The notes beneath the pieces are model-generated. The model was given only the letters and a program-made list of their open reading frames with translations, did no database searches and had not been told where the DNA came from. A program made the position numbers and the translations under genes. This document shows positions 45,424 to 53,527 of a stretch of 56,845 nucleotides of DNA, one piece after another. Position 1 is the stretch's first letter. Each line of letters begins with the position of its first letter. Source of the stretch: Rhodospirillales bacterium (lineage in GTDB: Bacteria; Pseudomonadota; Alphaproteobacteria; Rhodospirillales; CALINB01); NCBI GenBank assembly GCA_040904505.1, contig JBBDTH010000017.1:1-56845 (forward strand), in the 5' to 3' direction.

Positions 45424-46854
45424 TTACCCGCGGAGAAGCGTGCCGAGCTCGTCCAACGTGGCCGCGGTTTCGAGGCCGTCGACGGCGGCCATCAGCTTGT
45501 CCACCGAGTCGGCCGGCAGGATCGCGCCGGCGGTGCGATGGAACTTGGTCCGGATTTCCTCGTCGCTCAGGGGATGCTGGAAACTGCCGCGGCGCTGCTC
45601 GCGGGTCGTTTCCATCTCGGTACCGTCGGTGCGCTTGGCGTGGACGCGGACCTTGTGGCGCTTGGTGGCACCGCCCGCATCCAGCTCGGGATCGTGAACG
45701 ATCTCGATCTTCTTCATGAACGCGAGGATCTTCGGATCGCGGATGCGCTCCTCGGTGAACTGGTTGATGAAAACCTCGTCGTCGAGCAGCTTGAGGGACG
45801 ACACGAAGTAGCCGTTCATCTGCGCGCCGACGATGCCGACCGGCTTGTATTCCCAGCCGACGTTGGTCAGGCCGGTTTTGGTCATATATATGGTGAGTTT
45901 CTCCAGGTTGTCGGCGGTCAGGCCGTCGCGCATCAGCTTGTCGATACAATCGATCGTGGTGTGCGAACTCGCGCACGAGGAATACGCCTTGAAGCCGGTA
46001 TCGAGGATATGCCAGTGCTCGCTCAGGTCCTTCGTCAGCACCGAAAGATCGGCGTTTTCGCTGAAGGAACTCATGAATCCGCCGAACGGAGTTTCGATGG
46101 CCTCCTTCGATCCGGTGAATCCCTTCTCCGCGAGATAGCCCGAGATCACGCCCGATTGCGCGGCGCGCCCGGCGTGAAACCGTTTCGCCATCGCGCCCTT
46201 GCGCGCGGAATAGAGCCCGGCGGCTTGCGTCGCCGCCAAACCGAGCGCGTCGGCGCACGCCTCGTCGGCGAGGTTCAGCGCCTTGGCGGCCGCGGCCGCC
46301 GCGGCGATGGAGCCGCCGGTGCCGGTGATGTGAAAGCCTTTCATCTTGTGCTGGATCGAGGCGCAGATGCCGATGCGGATGCCGACCTCGTAGCCGGCGA
46401 CGACCGCCGTGATCAGATCCTTGCCCGTGAGCTTGCGCGCCTCGCCGATGGCCAGCGCCGCCGGAATCGTGACCGAGCCCGGATGCAGGGAAGACGAGAC
46501 GTGAATGTCGTCGATCTCGAAGCCGTGCGCCGCGGTGCCGTTGGCCATGGCCGCTTCGGCCGGGCCGGTGCGCCGCCCGTGCGCCCACAGGGTCGACGGG
46601 CCGTCGCCGGCGAGCTCGCACGCGACGTCGGCGGCGATGTCGCCCCACGGCTGGCGCGCGCCGTAGAGGCCGCAGCCGAACAGATCGAGCAGGCAGCGCT
46701 TGGCGTGCTGTACCGCCTCGGCGGGAATGTCGGCAAATGTCAGCTTCGCGACCCAGGCACCGAGCTCGCGGGTCGCGGGCGGCGCGGCACTGACGGCGTT
46801 TTCGCGGGTGAGTTGTTGACCTTGTTTTGCCAGCTCTGCGGTATCGGGGCTCAT
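45424..46854 (-). CDS. MmgE/PrpD family protein (2-methylcitrate-dehydratase-like fold), substrate unknown
   Basis: Frame of ORF 45424-47196, with the family-like start at MSPDTAELAK (46854). AKLTFADIPAEAVQHAKRCLLDLFGCGLYG and HPGSVTIPAALA are typical PrpD-family blocks. Its start overlaps the upstream gene stop (ATGA). Confidence 0.85.
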   Translation of the reverse strand: MSPDTAELAKQGQQLTRENAVSAAPPATRELGAWVAKLTFADIPAEAVQHAKRCLLDLFGCGLYGARQPWGDIAADVACELAGDGPSTLWAHGRRTGPAEAAMANGTAAHGFEIDDIHVSSSLHPGSVTIPAALAIGEARKLTGKDLITAVVAGYEVGIRIGICASIQHKMKGFHITGTGGSIAAAAAAAKALNLADEACADALGLAATQAAGLYSARKGAMAKRFHAGRAAQSGVISGYLAEKGFTGSKEAIETPFGGFMSSFSENADLSVLTKDLSEHWHILDTGFKAYSSCASSHTTIDCIDKLMRDGLTADNLEKLTIYMTKTGLTNVGWEYKPVGIVGAQMNGYFVSSLKLLDDEVFINQFTEERIRDPKILAFMKKIEIVHDPELDAGGATKRHKVRVHAKRTDGTEMETTREQRRGSFQHPLSDEEIRTKFHRTAGAILPADSVDKLMAAVDGLETAATLDELGTLLRG

Positions 46855-48038
46855 GTGACGGCCTCCTGCCATAGGGTGAATTTTTCGAGCGCTTTTTCGT
46901 CGATTGTAACACCGAAACCGGGGCCGTGGGGAGGCTCCGCGTGGCCGTCGACGATCTTGAAATCGCTCTCGCCGACCAGGGGATCGGGGCCGATCACGCC
47001 GAGGCCGAAGATGAACTCGCCCGCCGGCATGCAGCGGTGCTTCGGCAACGTGGCGTAGAAGTGCGCGGCCGCGGCGGCCTCGAGTTGAGATAAAACGGCG
47101 AGCCCGCCGATGTTGACCAAAATGTTGGCGCCCTCGGCGATGGCGGCGATCTTCTTGGCGACGCTGAGCCCGCCGAAGCGATAGAGCTTGAAGCACATCA
47201 CGTCGCAGGCTTCCAGGCGCGCCAGCATGTCGGCGTCGTGGATCGACATCAAGGCCTCGTCCGCCATGATCGGCACGCCGTCCGCGTTGCGCCGGATATG
47301 CGCCATTCCCTTGAAGTCGCGCCGCTCGACGGGTTGTTCCAAATAATCGAGGCGCGGCTCCTTGGCGGCGTGCAGGGCCTGGATGGTTTCATGCACGTTC
47401 CAGGCGGTGTTGGGATCGAGGCCGAGCTGGCACTCGGGGCCGACGGCGGCGCGCACGCGCGCGAGGTTTTCGACGTCGTAACGCCAGCCTTGCGGCGAGC
47501 CCGCCTTCAGACACATCACGCGCATGCCGAATTCTTCCTTGGCGCGCACCGCGTCGTCGACCATCTTCTGCGGGTCCTTGGCCATGCTGATCGACCATTC
47601 GAGCGGCAGCTTCTTTTGGCTCAGCCCGCCTAATAATTTATAAACCGGGACTCCCAGCGCCTTGCCCTGGGCGTCATGCAGGGCGAAGTCGACGAGCGTG
47701 CGCACGACAGGGTTGGCGGGCAGCAGCATGTCGAACTCGGCGAAAATGGCTTCCACGTCGAAGATGTCGCGCCCGATCAGCATCGGTCCGATGATCTCCT
47801 GGATCGCGCAAACCGCGCTTTTGTAGGTGTCCGGCATGGAATGGCCCGGCGTGGTCGGGCGTACGTGCCCGTAGCCGATCACCCCGCCGGCGAAGATGCG
47901 CACCATCACCGGCTTGCCGAGCATCTGGCCCGCCGGTCCGGTGTCGTAGGCGCCGTGCATGGTGGTGCGTTGCAGGCGGACGTTGTAGTCGGTGACGCGG
48001 ACTTCGACTCTTTCTATGGGACAGTGGGCTATGGGCAT
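46851..48038 (-). CDS. Enolase-superfamily protein, muconate-lactonizing-enzyme (MLE) subgroup-like
   Basis: Frame of ORF 46851-48119 from MPIAHCPIERVEVRV. Blocks VDFALHDAQGKALGVPVYKLLGG, CLKAG, GLDPN, LEQP, MADE and CFKL fit the MR/MLE barrel residues. Confidence 0.8.
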   Translation of the reverse strand: MPIAHCPIERVEVRVTDYNVRLQRTTMHGAYDTGPAGQMLGKPVMVRIFAGGVIGYGHVRPTTPGHSMPDTYKSAVCAIQEIIGPMLIGRDIFDVEAIFAEFDMLLPANPVVRTLVDFALHDAQGKALGVPVYKLLGGLSQKKLPLEWSISMAKDPQKMVDDAVRAKEEFGMRVMCLKAGSPQGWRYDVENLARVRAAVGPECQLGLDPNTAWNVHETIQALHAAKEPRLDYLEQPVERRDFKGMAHIRRNADGVPIMADEALMSIHDADMLARLEACDVMCFKLYRFGGLSVAKKIAAIAEGANILVNIGGLAVLSQLEAAAAAHFYATLPKHRCMPAGEFIFGLGVIGPDPLVGESDFKIVDGHAEPPHGPGFGVTIDEKALEKFTLWQEAVT

Positions 48039-48091
48039 TAGCGGGTGTTCCTGTTTCTTTGATGGAATCCGGTCAGGCATGAATTTGGAAT

Positions 48092-48201
48092 CGTCATTGC
48101 CCGGCTTAAGTCCGGGCAATCCAGGGGCTCCATCGTCTGGATGCCCCGGGCCTCGGGGGTAAAGGGGGTGCCCCCCTTAACCCCCCGGCCGGGGCATGAC
48201 G
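48092..48201 (+). repeat. MITE/REP-like hairpin element, copy B (110 nt)
   Basis: Same termini and sub-terminal stems as copy A, in the same orientation. The centre differs and contains its own near-palindrome GGGGGTAAAGGGGGTGCCCCCCTTAACCCCC. Confidence 0.85.
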
Positions 48202-48228
48202 GTTGTAAATGTTCTGCCACGCCGTGTA

Positions 48229-49392
48229 TCACGCGTGGCTGCAGCGGGTGTAGAGCTTCATGGCGTTGTCCCAAAACAGTTTGCGCTTGCGCGTATCAGT
48301 CATGTCCCAGGCCATCACGGTCTCGACCGATTTCGGGAACCAGCTTTCGCCGTGCGGGTAATCGGAGGCGTACATGAGGATATCCTCGCCGAGCAGGTCG
48401 ATGACCGAATTGGTCAACTTCTCGCCTTCCGGAATCTCGATGCTCTGAAAATACCGGCCCGAGAGCACGTAGTCGCTCGGTTTCATTTTCAATTCCGGCG
48501 GCAAGGCTGCGCGGATGGTGCGGTAATGCTCGTCGGTGCGCGCCATCCAAAAGGGCAGCCAGCTATGGCCGGCTTCGAGCGTGCCGATGCGGATCAATGG
48601 ATAACGGTCCATGACGCCCGAGCCGATCAGGCTCGCCATGTTGCGCATGCCGCACCAGGGATGCGAGGCCGAGCGTTGCAGGAACAGGTTATTCCAGTTG
48701 TCCCGCCCGCCCGGCGCGTACGGCGGCATGACGGTGAAGGTGTGCAGCGCGATGCAGAGATCGAAATCGGCGGCGGCCTTCCAGATCGGTTCCAGATCGG
48801 GATGATCGAGCGGAACGTCCATCGGCGCGTAGACTAGCACGCCCCAGGCCCAGGACGATTTGCCCCATTTTTCGATTTCCTTCACGCCGCCCGCGACGTT
48901 GCGCGAGGAGACAAGGATCACGCCGCCGAGGCGGTCGGGGTAGGGCGTGCAGTAATCCTCCATCCACCGGTTGTAGGCTTGGTGCATGGCGGTTTCGAGC
49001 GACACGTCGTCGTCCAAAATCCAGGTGCCGAACCAGCCCGAGGGGAGGGTGAGGTTCACGTCGACGCCTTCGAGGTCCATGTCCTCGATGCGCGCCGCCG
49101 GATCGTCGTCGACCCGGGGGTTCGGTTCGCGGCCTTTGTGCGCGCCGGTGAATCCCGCCATGTAGGCTTCGTCTTTTTCCGGCGGGGTTTCCCCGGCCTG
49201 GCCCAATTGGCGGCGGTATTTGCGTTGTCCCTTGAGATAGGTCACGTGGCCGGTGCGGTGGTGGGCTTTCTTGTAGTCCTCCCAGCCCTTGAGCTTTTCC
49301 TTCGTGCCCGCGTCGAGATATTTTTCGAGGATGTCCACGAACGGCCCGACGTGGGTGTCCGAATCGAAAATCTTGAAGCCGTTGCGTGCCAT
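48229..49392 (-). CDS. Amidohydrolase_2-type metal-dependent hydrolase/decarboxylase family protein
   Basis: 387 aa. N-terminal IFDSDTHV and C-terminal MYASDYPHGE metal-ligand motifs, typical of the ACMSD/LigW-like amidohydrolase 2 family. Confidence 0.75.
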   Translation of the reverse strand: MARNGFKIFDSDTHVGPFVDILEKYLDAGTKEKLKGWEDYKKAHHRTGHVTYLKGQRKYRRQLGQAGETPPEKDEAYMAGFTGAHKGREPNPRVDDDPAARIEDMDLEGVDVNLTLPSGWFGTWILDDDVSLETAMHQAYNRWMEDYCTPYPDRLGGVILVSSRNVAGGVKEIEKWGKSSWAWGVLVYAPMDVPLDHPDLEPIWKAAADFDLCIALHTFTVMPPYAPGGRDNWNNLFLQRSASHPWCGMRNMASLIGSGVMDRYPLIRIGTLEAGHSWLPFWMARTDEHYRTIRAALPPELKMKPSDYVLSGRYFQSIEIPEGEKLTNSVIDLLGEDILMYASDYPHGESWFPKSVETVMAWDMTDTRKRKLFWDNAMKLYTRCSHA

Positions 49393-49438
49393 GCTTGCCT
49401 CCCTGTTGTTTTTAATTTGCCGCGTTTGCGGCGTGCAT

Positions 49439-49471
49439 CATTACGGTGTCATTACGGTGTCATTACGTTGC
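49439..49471. repeat. 11-bp tandem repeat x3 (cattacggtgt, cattacggtgt, cattacgttgc)
   Basis: Read directly at 49439-49449, 49450-49460 and 49461-49471. The third unit contains the stop codon of the PEP-mutase-family gene. Confidence 0.9.
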
Positions 49472-50413
49472 CGCATCGCCGCCTTTCGATTTCGCGTATT
49501 TCGCGAGTGTTTCGCGTGAAAAATATTTTTGTTCCAGTTCCCGTTGCTTGTCCAAGCCCTCGCCGCCGGGCTGCTGCAGCGGATTGGGATAGGGCTTGTC
49601 CTTGCGCGATTCAAGAAAATCGTCCCAGGCGGCGATGCCGCGTTCCTGGAAGTCGTTCATGAAATCGTACAGTGCCGCCCAGGTGACGTGATGGGTGAAG
49701 CCGGGCAGCCAGGCGATGGTCACGCCGAGCTCGAGATGCTCTTCGAGCGTGAGATAGCGCGGCAGCTTGCCTTTCATGAACGACAGCGGCCCCGCGACCG
49801 CGGCGCGCGACTGCTTGATTTCTTCTTTCGAATGCGGCGATTCGATCTGCACCCAATCGACGCCGGCGTCCTGTTCGTAGGCCTTGAGCCGGGCCAGCGT
49901 GTCCTCGAGATCGCTGTTGGCGGCGTCGCGGGCATAGCATTGAGCCATCACCACGAAATCCGGATCGAGTTCGTTCTTCATGTCGACGGCGGCCTTATAG
50001 CGCGCGACGGCTTGCTCGAGCGGCACCACTTCCATGCCGGCGCTTTGGGTTCGGCGCTTGCCCTCGATGGGTTGATCGTCGATCCGCACCCCGGCGATCC
50101 CGGCGTGGATGCACTCGCGTACCATGCGGCGCACGGCCATGATGCCGCCGTGCCCGGTATCACCGTCCATGATGATCGGAAATTCGACCGCGTTGGCGAT
50201 CCAGCCCGCGATCTGTACGCATTCGGGCATGCTCGCGGTGCCGACGTCGGCCATGCCGGTGTAGGTGCCGACGACGCCGCTGGTGCCGACGAAGGCGGCT
50301 TCCGCGCCCGCCAGTTCCATCACCCGGCCATGGGCCGCCGTCGGGGTATGCAGGATGCACAGCACCTTGCCCTGGCGGCGGATCAAGGTCTTGAGTCGGG
50401 TCGTCGGTTTCAT
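49463..50413 (-). CDS. PEP mutase / isocitrate lyase superfamily protein (methylisocitrate-lyase / oxaloacetate-decarboxylase-like)
   Basis: Frame of ORF 49463-50503 from MKPTTRLKTLIRRQGKVL. Motifs IIMDGDTGHGG and GVRIDDQ, as in the ICL/PEPM superfamily. Confidence 0.8.
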   Translation of the reverse strand: MKPTTRLKTLIRRQGKVLCILHTPTAAHGRVMELAGAEAAFVGTSGVVGTYTGMADVGTASMPECVQIAGWIANAVEFPIIMDGDTGHGGIMAVRRMVRECIHAGIAGVRIDDQPIEGKRRTQSAGMEVVPLEQAVARYKAAVDMKNELDPDFVVMAQCYARDAANSDLEDTLARLKAYEQDAGVDWVQIESPHSKEEIKQSRAAVAGPLSFMKGKLPRYLTLEEHLELGVTIAWLPGFTHHVTWAALYDFMNDFQERGIAAWDDFLESRKDKPYPNPLQQPGGEGLDKQRELEQKYFSRETLAKYAKSKGGDAAT

Positions 50414-50599
50414 GGGGTGTCGGTTACCTGTTTTTCGGCCCGTCGTGCCGGGCGTTGGGGCGGGAAGGCTCGGATTGTTCCATTCTATGGAATGGGATTT
50501 CATTGAAAAATTCTATTGGTTTTTCGCGGGCTGTCAATGTCCGCCGCCGGCGGCCGGACCGAACGCCGGCAACAGGCGTGTGTTTCGAGGAAGAGAGAT

Positions 50600-50674
50600 T
50601 GGCTGGGGCGGCAGGATTCGAACCTGCGAATGCCGATACCAAAAACCGGTGCCTTACCACTTGGCCACGCCCCA
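50600..50674 (-). tRNA. tRNA-Gln (anticodon UUG)
   Basis: Reverse complement reads TGGGGCGTGGCCAAGTGGTAAGGCACCGGTTTTTGGTATCGGCATTCGCAGGTTCGAATCCTGCCGCCCCAGCCA. Cloverleaf has anticodon loop TTTTGGT. It is nearly colinear with E. coli tRNA-Gln(UUG) as I remember it. 75 nt with encoded CCA. Confidence 0.9.
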
Positions 50675-50752
50675 TGCGCGAATCGGCCAGACCATAAGCC
50701 CAAACGGCCCCTGCCGCAACAAAAGGCGGCGGATTAATTCAGCCCGTGAACC

Positions 50753-51643
50753 TTACGATATAGCCGTGTCGGCCAGCAGCGGGGCGGCCTCGACCCACCA
50801 GCCGGTGTGGCTCCGCCGGATGTCTCGGGCCGCCGTGCGGGCCGCGGTTTCGTCGCCGAACAGAGCGAAACAGGTCGCACCGCTGCCGCTCATGCGCGCG
50901 AGTACCGCGCCCGCGCTTCGCTCCAAGGCGATCAGGGTTTCCGTAATGGCGGGGGCGATGTCGCAAGCCGGGGCGGCCAAATCGTTACGGCGCTCGCGCA
51001 GAAGCGCCGCGAACGCGGCGGCGTCCTTAGGTGATGACATGAAAGGCGCGGGCAGTGAAAACGCGCCGGTGCGCCGGGCAAACACGGTTGCGGTCGCGAC
51101 CGGGATGCCCGGATTCGCGAGCACGAGCCAGCACGCGGGCAACGCCGGAGGCGGGCTGAAAATCTCGCCGATGCCGCCGACGAACGCGGCCTTGCCGTGA
51201 ACGCAGATGGGGACATCGGCGCCGAGGGCGAGGCCGATTTCACAAAGATTTTCCGTCGTGACGGAGAGGCTCCAGAATTTTCTCAGGCCGAGCAAGGTCG
51301 CCGCCGCGTCGGCCGAGCCGCCGCCGATTCCGGACGCCGCCGGCAGATGCTTTTCCAGGACGATCCGCGCCCCGGCGGCGACGTTCGCATGGGCCGCCAA
51401 CGCGCGCGCGGCTTTCATCACGAGATTGTCGCCGCCGGGCGGCACCTCGCCGGCGCGCGGCCCCGTGGCGGCGAACGTCAGATCGTTCGAGGGCTCGATG
51501 GTAATCGTATCGCCGATGCCGGCGAAAACGATCAGGCTGTCGAGCTTGTGATAGCCGTCCGCGCGCTTGCCGGTGACGTGAAGGTAAAGATTGATTTTGG
51601 CGAACGCCGCAACGCGAACCGACGGCGGCGGTTTAAGGGCCAT
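50753..51643 (-). CDS. ispE: 4-diphosphocytidyl-2-C-methyl-D-erythritol kinase
   Basis: 296 aa. KINLYLHVTGKRADGYH and GHMP-kinase motif PAASGIGGGSADAAA. Confidence 0.9.
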   Translation of the reverse strand: MALKPPPSVRVAAFAKINLYLHVTGKRADGYHKLDSLIVFAGIGDTITIEPSNDLTFAATGPRAGEVPPGGDNLVMKAARALAAHANVAAGARIVLEKHLPAASGIGGGSADAAATLLGLRKFWSLSVTTENLCEIGLALGADVPICVHGKAAFVGGIGEIFSPPPALPACWLVLANPGIPVATATVFARRTGAFSLPAPFMSSPKDAAAFAALLRERRNDLAAPACDIAPAITETLIALERSAGAVLARMSGSGATCFALFGDETAARTAARDIRRSHTGWWVEAAPLLADTAIS

Positions 51644-53435
51644 CGCCTTCGACTTTGATTTTGGCGGCCTCGATCAACCCGTTTTTGAGTTTCTTCCTGA
51701 CCTTGGCGGCGAGGTCCTTTTCCGCCTTCAGGTCCAGCACCCGCGACCATTGAAAGCGGGCTTCGGTCACGCGGCCCACGCGCCAGTAGGCATCGCCGAG
51801 ATGATCGTTGATGACCGGATCCTGGGGGCGCAGCTCGACGGCGCGTTCGAGCTCGGGCACGGCGTCCTCGTAATTGCCGAGCATATAATAGACCCAGCCC
51901 AAGCTATCGACGATGTAGCCGTCGTTCGGCCGCAGCGAAACGGCCTTGCGGATCATGTCCTGCGCCTTGGTCAGGTGCTTGCCCCGGTCAATCCAGGAAT
52001 AGCCGAGATAGTTCAGGACGTACGGCTGTTCGGGCTCGAATTCGAGCGCCTTCAGGAAATCGGCTTCGGCGCGCGGCCACTGCTTTGACTGCTCGAGCGA
52101 AATGCCGCGGGCGTAAAACAGGCTCCAATGCTGGCTCTTGATTTCTTTAATGCGCGCAAAGGCCCGATCGTAAGCTTTCACCGCCTCGGCGAAACGTTCC
52201 CGGCTGCGCAGGATGTCGCCGAGATCGATCAAGGGGTCGGGCTTGTCGGCATGTTGTTTCGCCATCGCCTCGAGCATGGCGACGGCTTCCTCGGTACGGT
52301 CCAGCTTGTCGAGGTTCGAGGCGATGCGAAGCTGCGCCGGCCAGGAGAACGGCGACGTCTTGTCGATCTTGCCGTAAACCGCGTTGGCGCTGTCGTAACG
52401 CTCGTCCTGATCGAGAATGCCGCCGATCAGGATGCGCATGATCGGAAAGTCCGGTTTTATATAGAGGCCGAGCTGGCCGATCACGAGCGCCGTTTCCTCG
52501 GCATTTTGCTGACGCAAGGAGCTTGCGATTCCGAACAGACCTTCGGAGACGCCGTCGATGGCGTCGGCGATCACGGCTTCGGGCTTCTTGCCGCTTTTGA
52601 TACGGGCGATATCGGGCTCGAACAGGCGCGAGTTCGGATTGTGTTTTAGGTGCTCCTCGTAAAGGGCCAAGGCTTTTTCGGGGTTGTCCCGGCGCTCGTA
52701 AAAGGAACCGAGCAGCTTTGCCATGCGCAGCGACGAGCCGTTCTGGGAGGCTCGAATCTTCTCGAACAGGGGTTCCGCCGCGGTATTCTGTCCCGCCACT
52801 TCATGAATTAAGGCGGCGTGGAGATCGTAGAGGACTTCCGAGCCTTTTCTTTTCGACAGGGGCAGCAGCGCTTTTAAGGCCGCTTGGGTTTCGCCCTGGC
52901 CCTGAAGGGCCCAGGCCCGCAGCAGCGGCACCAGAAACGCATTCAGGCCGCGATCGGGAAGCGTATCCAGACGCGCGGAAGCGGCCGCGTATTTTTTGTC
53001 GCGAAAATCGCGGCTTATCAGGGCAAGGCTGGCGATCGGGGCGTTGTCGCTGACGGCGATAAGCCGTTCGGCCAAGGCGAAAGCGCGTTGCATACGGCCT
53101 TCGGCGATCATCAGAATGAATGTCCGGCGCAGGAGAGCGGGGTTCTTCGGATCGAGTTTCAGGGCCTGTTCGAGGTACGTCGCGGCTTCGTTCATCTCGC
53201 GCTCGGATTGGGCGTGGCGCCCGGCGATATAATGGCCGGTGAAGGACTTTCCCAATTCGAGCGGCTTGGCGGCGGAAAGAGCCGGGTTATGGCCGATGGG
53301 CCCCAACTCGTTCGTCATCTCGAAATCGCTCGAGGCACAGGCCGCCGGCACCATCAGCGCGAGCAAGATCGGAATGAAGCGGCCGTTTCGGGGCCGTCGG
53401 CGGATATCGTTCGAAAATCGCTTTTTCATCATCAC
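51633..53435 (-). CDS. TPR-repeat lipoprotein
   Basis: 600 aa. Lipobox LMVPAAC and many TPR-like units (e.g. YNLGYSWIDRGKHLTKA, DHLGDAYWRVGRVTEARFQW). Its 3' end overlaps the ispE start by 11 nt. Confidence 0.8.
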   Translation of the reverse strand: MMMKKRFSNDIRRRPRNGRFIPILLALMVPAACASSDFEMTNELGPIGHNPALSAAKPLELGKSFTGHYIAGRHAQSEREMNEAATYLEQALKLDPKNPALLRRTFILMIAEGRMQRAFALAERLIAVSDNAPIASLALISRDFRDKKYAAASARLDTLPDRGLNAFLVPLLRAWALQGQGETQAALKALLPLSKRKGSEVLYDLHAALIHEVAGQNTAAEPLFEKIRASQNGSSLRMAKLLGSFYERRDNPEKALALYEEHLKHNPNSRLFEPDIARIKSGKKPEAVIADAIDGVSEGLFGIASSLRQQNAEETALVIGQLGLYIKPDFPIMRILIGGILDQDERYDSANAVYGKIDKTSPFSWPAQLRIASNLDKLDRTEEAVAMLEAMAKQHADKPDPLIDLGDILRSRERFAEAVKAYDRAFARIKEIKSQHWSLFYARGISLEQSKQWPRAEADFLKALEFEPEQPYVLNYLGYSWIDRGKHLTKAQDMIRKAVSLRPNDGYIVDSLGWVYYMLGNYEDAVPELERAVELRPQDPVINDHLGDAYWRVGRVTEARFQWSRVLDLKAEKDLAAKVRKKLKNGLIEAAKIKVEGDGP

Positions 53436-53527
53436 AGTCTAGCGAAGCCCGGAGGCGGGCTCAAATCACAAGTCGGTTGCGGATGCCGCCATATCAAGCG
53501 TTGCCGGCTGGGGCCTATGGCGGCGGA

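Noticed and set aside
45275-47196. ORF 45275-46912 (545 aa), ORF 45538-47058 (506 aa) and the 114-codon upstream extension of ORF 45424-47196
   Set aside because: The first runs through the MITE-like repeat and is extremely Arg-rich. The second is antisense. The PrpD-family similarity begins at MSPDTAEL (46854), which is also translationally coupled to the upstream gene.
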